Source of the DNA: Escherichia phage vB_Eco_QOTSP
DNA: 64,000 nucleotides
Sequence record: OY720014
Direction: 5' to 3' (one strand)
This document shows, piece after piece, positions 59,472-64,000 of the stretch. Within the stretch, counting starts at the first letter, position 1, and each line of letters begins with the position of its first letter. Position numbers and translations under genes: made by a program. The notes below the pieces were generated by a model, which worked only from the letters and a program-made list of their open reading frames with translations, did no database searches and was not told the DNA's origin.

Positions 59472-60011
59472 ATGAGAACATTTTTAACTGGTCCTTATCT
59501 ATCCCTGATGAATGCTTTTACACACCATTCTGACGCTAGAGTAGAAGAAATTTGTAAAAACGAATATATCCCGCCATTTGAAGAATTACTTAAACAGTAC
59601 TGCACACTTCGTATAGATGGTGGACGTCAATCCGGTAAATCAATTGCTGTGACTAACTTTGCTGCTAATTGGTTGTATGATGGCGGAACAGTTATTGTTC
59701 TTTCTAATACTTCAGCTTACGCTAAAATTTCTGCAAATAACATTAAAAAGGAATTTTCGCGTTATTCTAATGATGATATACGTTTTCGTTTATTTACTGA
59801 TTCTGTGCGCAGTTTTATTGGTAATAAAGGAAGCAAGTTCAGAGGTTTATCGCTTTCGCGAATTTTGTATATAATTGATGAGCCTGTCAAATCTCCTGAT
59901 ATGGATAAGATTTATAGCGTCCATATTGACACTGTACACTACTGCTGTAATAGTAAATGTTGCATTGGTGGTATTACTCGTCCACAGTTTTTCGTAATCG
60001 GAATGCAATAA
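59472..60011 (+). CDS. small P-loop NTPase-like protein with C-terminal Cys cluster
   Basis: Walker A GGRQSGKS, Walker B-like ILYIIDEP, HYCCNSKCC; start at ATG 59472 (ORF track start 59424). Confidence 0.55.
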   Translation: MRTFLTGPYLSLMNAFTHHSDARVEEICKNEYIPPFEELLKQYCTLRIDGGRQSGKSIAVTNFAANWLYDGGTVIVLSNTSAYAKISANNIKKEFSRYSNDDIRFRLFTDSVRSFIGNKGSKFRGLSLSRILYIIDEPVKSPDMDKIYSVHIDTVHYCCNSKCCIGGITRPQFFVIGMQ

Positions 60012-60337
60012 TGACAGACACACAGCTTTTCGAATATCTCTATTTTTCGCCAAAAACTATTAAAAATAAATTGGTAAATCATTTTGAAATTTTGGCAAAT
60101 AACAACATTTTAAGCGAATTTTATCCCAAGCAATACAAATTACAAAAAGGCGTATTCAAAGGATGCAGAGTTTTGTGCACTGCTCCTAACGCGCAGTTAA
60201 TGAATAAAATTCCATATTTTACCATGGAATTTATTGATGGACCTTTTAAAGGACTAATCACCCAAAGTTTAATGGCATATGATTCTGAGCCATTTTTAAT
60301 TAAAGAACAATCTTGGATAAATTTATTTTCTAATTGA
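60011..60337 (+). CDS. hypothetical protein (108 aa)
   Basis: ORF from ATG overlapping previous stop. Confidence 0.55.
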   Translation: MTDTQLFEYLYFSPKTIKNKLVNHFEILANNNILSEFYPKQYKLQKGVFKGCRVLCTAPNAQLMNKIPYFTMEFIDGPFKGLITQSLMAYDSEPFLIKEQSWINLFSN

Positions 60338-60344
60338 GGTTTAT

Positions 60345-60707
60345 ATGAAAGCATATCAAATTCTTGAAGGCACACATAAAGGTACTATTTATTTTGAAGA
60401 TGGTATTCAAGCACGAATTATTGTCTCTAAAACCTTTAAAGAGGACTCTTTTGTAGACCCGGAAATTTTCTACGGTTTGCATGCCCGTGAAATTGAAATT
60501 GAAACACAACCTACAGTTAAAATTGAAGGTGGTCAACACCTGAACGTTAACGTTCTGCGTCGCGAAACTCTGGAAGATGCAGTTAAGCATCCGGAAAAAT
60601 ATCCGCAGCTGACCATCCGTGTATCCGGTTATGCAGTTCGCTTTAACTCTCTGACTCCGGAACAGCAGCGCGACGTTATCGCTCGTACCTTTACTGAGAG
60701 TTTGTAA
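60345..60707 (+). CDS. autonomous glycyl radical cofactor (GrcA/YfiD-like; T4 Y06I-type)
   Basis: C-terminal 60 aa matches E. coli GrcA as recalled, including RVSGYAVRF glycyl radical motif; host-like GC in 3' half. Confidence 0.85.
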   Translation: MKAYQILEGTHKGTIYFEDGIQARIIVSKTFKEDSFVDPEIFYGLHAREIEIETQPTVKIEGGQHLNVNVLRRETLEDAVKHPEKYPQLTIRVSGYAVRFNSLTPEQQRDVIARTFTESL

Positions 60708-60928
60708 TGGCAAAGATAATTATTGAAGGTTCTAAAGATGTGCTAAATGCTTTCGCCGAGTGGTTTAGTAATTCAGGCGAACAGCAATTTAACGAAGCCT
60801 GGAATATGGGTGATATTGATGGAATTTATCCTACGACAGAAATTTCTGTTCAAGGATATGGCATTCATGAACCTATTCGTTTAGTTGAATATGATTTATG
60901 TACTGGTGAGGAAGTCAAATATGATTGA
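60707..60928 (+). CDS. hypothetical protein (73 aa)
   Basis: ORF. Confidence 0.55.
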   Translation: MAKIIIEGSKDVLNAFAEWFSNSGEQQFNEAWNMGDIDGIYPTTEISVQGYGIHEPIRLVEYDLCTGEEVKYD

Positions 60929-61187
60929 AGATATTAAAGGTTATAAGCCACATACCGACGAAAAAATCGGTAAAGTAAATGCTATTAAAGACGCTGAAGT
61001 TCGTTTAGGACTTATCTTTGATGCTTTATACGATGAATTTTGGGAAGCATTTGATAGCTGTGAAGATGATGAACTCGCGAAGAATTATGCCGAAAGCCTC
61101 GATCAGTTAACTATTGCTAAAACGAAACTCAAAGAAGCCAGTATGTGGGCTTGTCGTGCAGTGTTCCAACCAGAGGAAAAATACTAA
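60921..61187 (+). CDS. hypothetical protein (88 aa); vs.4-position ORF, candidate Acb2-like
   Basis: ATG with GAGGAAG RBS; assignment by synteny only. Confidence 0.45.
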   Translation: MIEDIKGYKPHTDEKIGKVNAIKDAEVRLGLIFDALYDEFWEAFDSCEDDELAKNYAESLDQLTIAKTKLKEASMWACRAVFQPEEKY

Positions 61188-61465
61188 TGGCTCAATTAAG
61201 TGCAGGGTTTGGTTATGAGTATTATACTGCACCTCGTCGTGTATCTGCCGCTCCTAAGAAAATTCAAAGTCTTGATGACTTCCAGGAAGTAGTCCGTAAA
61301 GCTTTCCAGGACTATGCACGTTATCTTAAAGAAGATTCACAGGACTGTCTCGAAGAAGATGAAATTGCTTACTATGAGCAGCGTCTTGAACAGCTTAAAA
61401 ACTTACATGAGGTTCGTGCAGAAGTTTCAAAGTCTATGAATAAATTGATTAGATTTAAAGAATAA
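61187..61465 (+). CDS. hypothetical protein (92 aa)
   Basis: ATG with GAGGAAA RBS. Confidence 0.55.
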   Translation: MAQLSAGFGYEYYTAPRRVSAAPKKIQSLDDFQEVVRKAFQDYARYLKEDSQDCLEEDEIAYYEQRLEQLKNLHEVRAEVSKSMNKLIRFKE

Positions 61466-61467
61466 CT

Positions 61468-61497
61468 GTTTACTTTTCCTCTTGACTGTGGTATAAT
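61468..61497 (+). promoter_or_regulatory. early promoter upstream of regB (GTTTAC / TTGACT ... TATAAT)
   Basis: Motifs seen. Confidence 0.6.
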
Positions 61498-61524
61498 TTT
61501 TCTATCAGTTAAGAGGAGAACAAC

Positions 61525-61986
61525 ATGACTATCAATACAGAAGTTTTTATCCGTCGAAATAAGCTTCGTCGTCACTTTGAGTCGGAGTTTCGTCAAATTA
61601 ACAATGAGATTCGTGAGGCATCAAAAGCAGCAGGAGTCTCATCGTTTCATCTAAAATATTCTCAACATCTTCTTGATCGTGCAATTCAACGGGAGATTGA
61701 TGAGACATATGTTTTTGAATTATTCCATAAAATAAAAGACCATGTTTTAGAAGTTAATGAATTCCTGAGTATGCCTCCGCGTCCTGACATTGATGAGGAT
61801 TTTATTGATGGGGTTGAATATCGTCCTGGACGTTTAGAAATCACAGATGGAAATCTTTGGCTTGGATTTACAGTTTGTAAGCCTAATGAGAAGTTCAAAA
61901 ACCCGTCACTTCAATGCAGGATGGCAATTATCAACAGTCGTCGTTTACCAGGAAAGGCTTCTAAAGCAGTAATTAAAACTCAATGA
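61525..61986 (+). CDS. regB: RegB site-specific endoribonuclease
   Basis: 153 aa, recognisable as T4 RegB. Confidence 0.95.
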   Translation: MTINTEVFIRRNKLRRHFESEFRQINNEIREASKAAGVSSFHLKYSQHLLDRAIQREIDETYVFELFHKIKDHVLEVNEFLSMPPRPDIDEDFIDGVEYRPGRLEITDGNLWLGFTVCKPNEKFKNPSLQCRMAIINSRRLPGKASKAVIKTQ

Positions 61987-61993
61987 GGTAAGC

Positions 61994-62539
61994 ATGAGAA
62001 AAGCACTACTCGCTGGTCTATTGGCCATTTCAATGATGGCACATAGCTCCGAGCATACTTTCAGTAATGTCCAACTCGATAACATGCGTTACGCGTATCA
62101 ATTCGGGGAACAATTTTCTAAGGATGGAAAATATAAAACACACAAAAATATCCACAAGAGCGGATTAGGTCATATAATGGCTGCTATTTTATGGCAAGAA
62201 AGCTCTGGCGGAGTTAATTTAAAATCTAAACCAAAGCATCACGCCTACGGAATGTTCCAAAATTATTTGCCTACTATGCGAGCAAGAGTTAAGGAACTTG
62301 GTTATAATATGACCGATGCTGAAATAAAAAGAATGTTGAATAAACGGTCCAATTCAGCTTCCTGGGCGTACATTGAACTTTCTTATTGGTTAAATATACA
62401 TAAGGGCGATATAAGAAAAGCAATATCCTCTTATAATTCGGGATGGAATGTTAAAGCAGGTTCTAAATATGCTTCTGAAGTCCTAGAAAAGGCTAATTAC
62501 CTTAAAAATAATAAACTTTTGGAAATAGTAAATGACTAA
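61994..62539 (+). CDS. secreted lytic transglycosylase-like protein (vs.1 position)
   Basis: Signal peptide; SLT-like ILWQESSGG motif. Confidence 0.65.
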   Translation: MRKALLAGLLAISMMAHSSEHTFSNVQLDNMRYAYQFGEQFSKDGKYKTHKNIHKSGLGHIMAAILWQESSGGVNLKSKPKHHAYGMFQNYLPTMRARVKELGYNMTDAEIKRMLNKRSNSASWAYIELSYWLNIHKGDIRKAISSYNSGWNVKAGSKYASEVLEKANYLKNNKLLEIVND

Positions 62540-62873
62540 AATTTTGGTTTTATGTATAGGATTAATTTCATTTTCTGCGTTAGCAGATACATCATATACT
62601 GAAATTAGAGAGTATGTAAACCGTACTGCAGCGGATTATTGCGGGAAAAATAAAGCATGCCAAGCTGAATTTGCGCAGAAATTAATATATGCATATAAAG
62701 ACGGAGAAAGAGATAAATCAAGCAGATACAAAAATGATACATTGTTAAAACGATATGCTAAAAAGTGGAATACCTTAGAATGTTCAGTTGCGGAGGAGAA
62801 AGATAAAGCCGCTTGTCATTCAATGGTTGACCGTTTGGTAGATTCTTATAATCGAGGATTGAGTACTAGATGA
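62532..62873 (+). CDS. hypothetical secreted Cys-containing protein (vs position)
   Basis: 113 aa with signal peptide; name by synteny uncertain. Confidence 0.5.
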   Translation: MTKILVLCIGLISFSALADTSYTEIREYVNRTAADYCGKNKACQAEFAQKLIYAYKDGERDKSSRYKNDTLLKRYAKKWNTLECSVAEEKDKAACHSMVDRLVDSYNRGLSTR

Positions 62874-63349
62874 TTGTAAAATATATCAAGGGCGATATTG
62901 TCGCCCTATTTCTTCAAGGTAATATTATTGCGCACGGGTGCAATTGTTTTCATACTATGGGTTCAGGTGTAGCTGGTCAATTAGCAAGAGCCTATCCCAA
63001 AATTTTAGAAATAGATAAAACCACTACTGAGTACGGTTCTCGTGATAAATTAGGCGATATGTCTATTGTTTTTAAACATAAACCTAATGGTTTTGGTATA
63101 TGCTATAACCTGTATACGCAATACGAACCAGGTCCTAATCTTGATTATGGTGCTTTAGTAAACTGCATGATAGAATTAAATCTACAGGCAGAAACCCTTT
63201 TGTTTAAACCAGTAATTTACATTCCACGCATAGGTTGTGGTATTGCTGGCGGCGATTGGGATAAGGTTTCTAAATTAATCGACATGTTTACTCCTGATAT
63301 TGATTTAATAGTGGTGGATTATGAAAGTACATTACCCACATCCGTTTGA
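62870..63349 (+). CDS. macro domain protein (ADP-ribose binding / hydrolase-like)
   Basis: Motifs KGDIVAL...IAHGCNC...MGSGVAGQL and IPRIGCGIAGGDWDKV resemble macro domain signatures. Confidence 0.65.
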   Translation: MIVKYIKGDIVALFLQGNIIAHGCNCFHTMGSGVAGQLARAYPKILEIDKTTTEYGSRDKLGDMSIVFKHKPNGFGICYNLYTQYEPGPNLDYGALVNCMIELNLQAETLLFKPVIYIPRIGCGIAGGDWDKVSKLIDMFTPDIDLIVVDYESTLPTSV

Positions 63350-63533
63350 TCCTAAAAACAAAGTGGAAATTATTCGTCAATGGGAACGCATTTGCCGTAC
63401 TAAATGTCCAATTAATAGTCCACATGATGTAGATAAAGACTACATTGGAACATTCGTTGAATATACCTTTATTGATAAGAAAGGTCGTAAACAACATGTA
63501 GAAGAATATTGCTTAAAGGTTACATGGTTATGA
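63321..63533 (+). CDS. hypothetical protein (70 aa)
   Basis: ORF overlapping previous gene 3' end; start uncertain. Confidence 0.45.
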   Translation: MKVHYPHPFDPKNKVEIIRQWERICRTKCPINSPHDVDKDYIGTFVEYTFIDKKGRKQHVEEYCLKVTWL

Positions 63534-63736
63534 GCCAAACTAGTATTCTTAAAAATGCCCACTGTGAAAAGTGTAAGTGGCCGGTTGTTTTTGCTTTATG
63601 CAACGATGAAATGGCTTGTGATTTCGATTATTGGTGCTATTGTTCTAATAAAGGATGCATCAATCATAAAGGTGAAGGATTTTATTCAGGATTTTATCCT
63701 TATCCTGATTTCGTTAAAGAAGGTAAACCAAAATGA
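63524..63736 (+). CDS. hypothetical Cys-rich protein (about 70 aa)
   Basis: C-x2-C pairs; start at ATG 63524 or 63530. Confidence 0.5.
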   Translation: MVMSQTSILKNAHCEKCKWPVVFALCNDEMACDFDYWCYCSNKGCINHKGEGFYSGFYPYPDFVKEGKPK

Positions 63737-63906
63737 ATAGTTTTGAGTTACAATACGAAGTGTTACGTGAGCTTGATAATTTAATTGAACTCGCTGTTAA
63801 TAAAGGTTTTGCCATTGGAATCGGTCAAAAAGATACTGGTCATTTAACTATGGAAATATTTAAGCAAAAGCGAATTATTTTAAAACTCCTGGAAATTAAT
63901 ATATGA
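63733..63906 (+). CDS. hypothetical protein (57 aa)
   Basis: ATG with AGGTAA RBS. Confidence 0.45.
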   Translation: MNSFELQYEVLRELDNLIELAVNKGFAIGIGQKDTGHLTMEIFKQKRIILKLLEINI

Positions 63907-64000
63907 GTCTGAGTAAAGAACAAAAAGATAAATTGTTTGAGCTTATCCATGAACTTCTAGATGAGCATATAGAAGCAAACACCTTTTATGATGAATACGG
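63903..64000 (+). CDS. hypothetical protein, 5' part (continues beyond window)
   Basis: ATG overlapping previous stop; open to window end. Confidence 0.4.
   Translation, partial: MSLSKEQKDKLFELIHELLDEHIEANTFYDEY

Overview
The window is a contiguous segment of a T4-like (T-even, Tequatrovirus-type) myovirus genome, lying in reverse orientation to the conventional T4 map. I found no complete, clearly novel multi-gene system; the strongest leads are listed under findings. Gene order: 3' part of alt, then the tail, baseplate and head module on the minus strand (54-48-29-28-27-51, then 24-23-22-21-68-67-20-19-18-17-16-15-14-13-wac-12-11-10-9-8-7-6-5.4-5.1-5-53), interrupted by plus-strand 26-25-uvsY, minus-strand uvsW and plus-strand inh-hoc-rnlB. 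Then follow plus-strand 4-2-3-1-57A-57B, an ipI-type locus with repeated early-promoter stem-loop cassettes, a small-ORF block, ten tRNA genes split by a SegB-like GIY-YIG endonuclease gene, more small ORFs, nudE, e (lysozyme), denV, and the vs/regB region. Protein lengths match T4 almost gene for gene, but lysozyme and DenV differ by a few residues, Hoc is 96 aa longer, segD/segE are absent and the tRNA set differs, so this is a T4 relative rather than T4 itself. All identifications rest on reading the six-frame translations and on recalled T4 knowledge; no database search was run. The most interesting items are: (1) an ORF-free structured region after the tRNA cluster that may encode a small stable RNA; (2) several proteins with capsid-targeting-like N-termini that are candidate injected effectors; (3) a macro-domain protein; (4) duplication and insertion scars in the variable block; (5) a tandem family of small membrane proteins with a conserved junction module.
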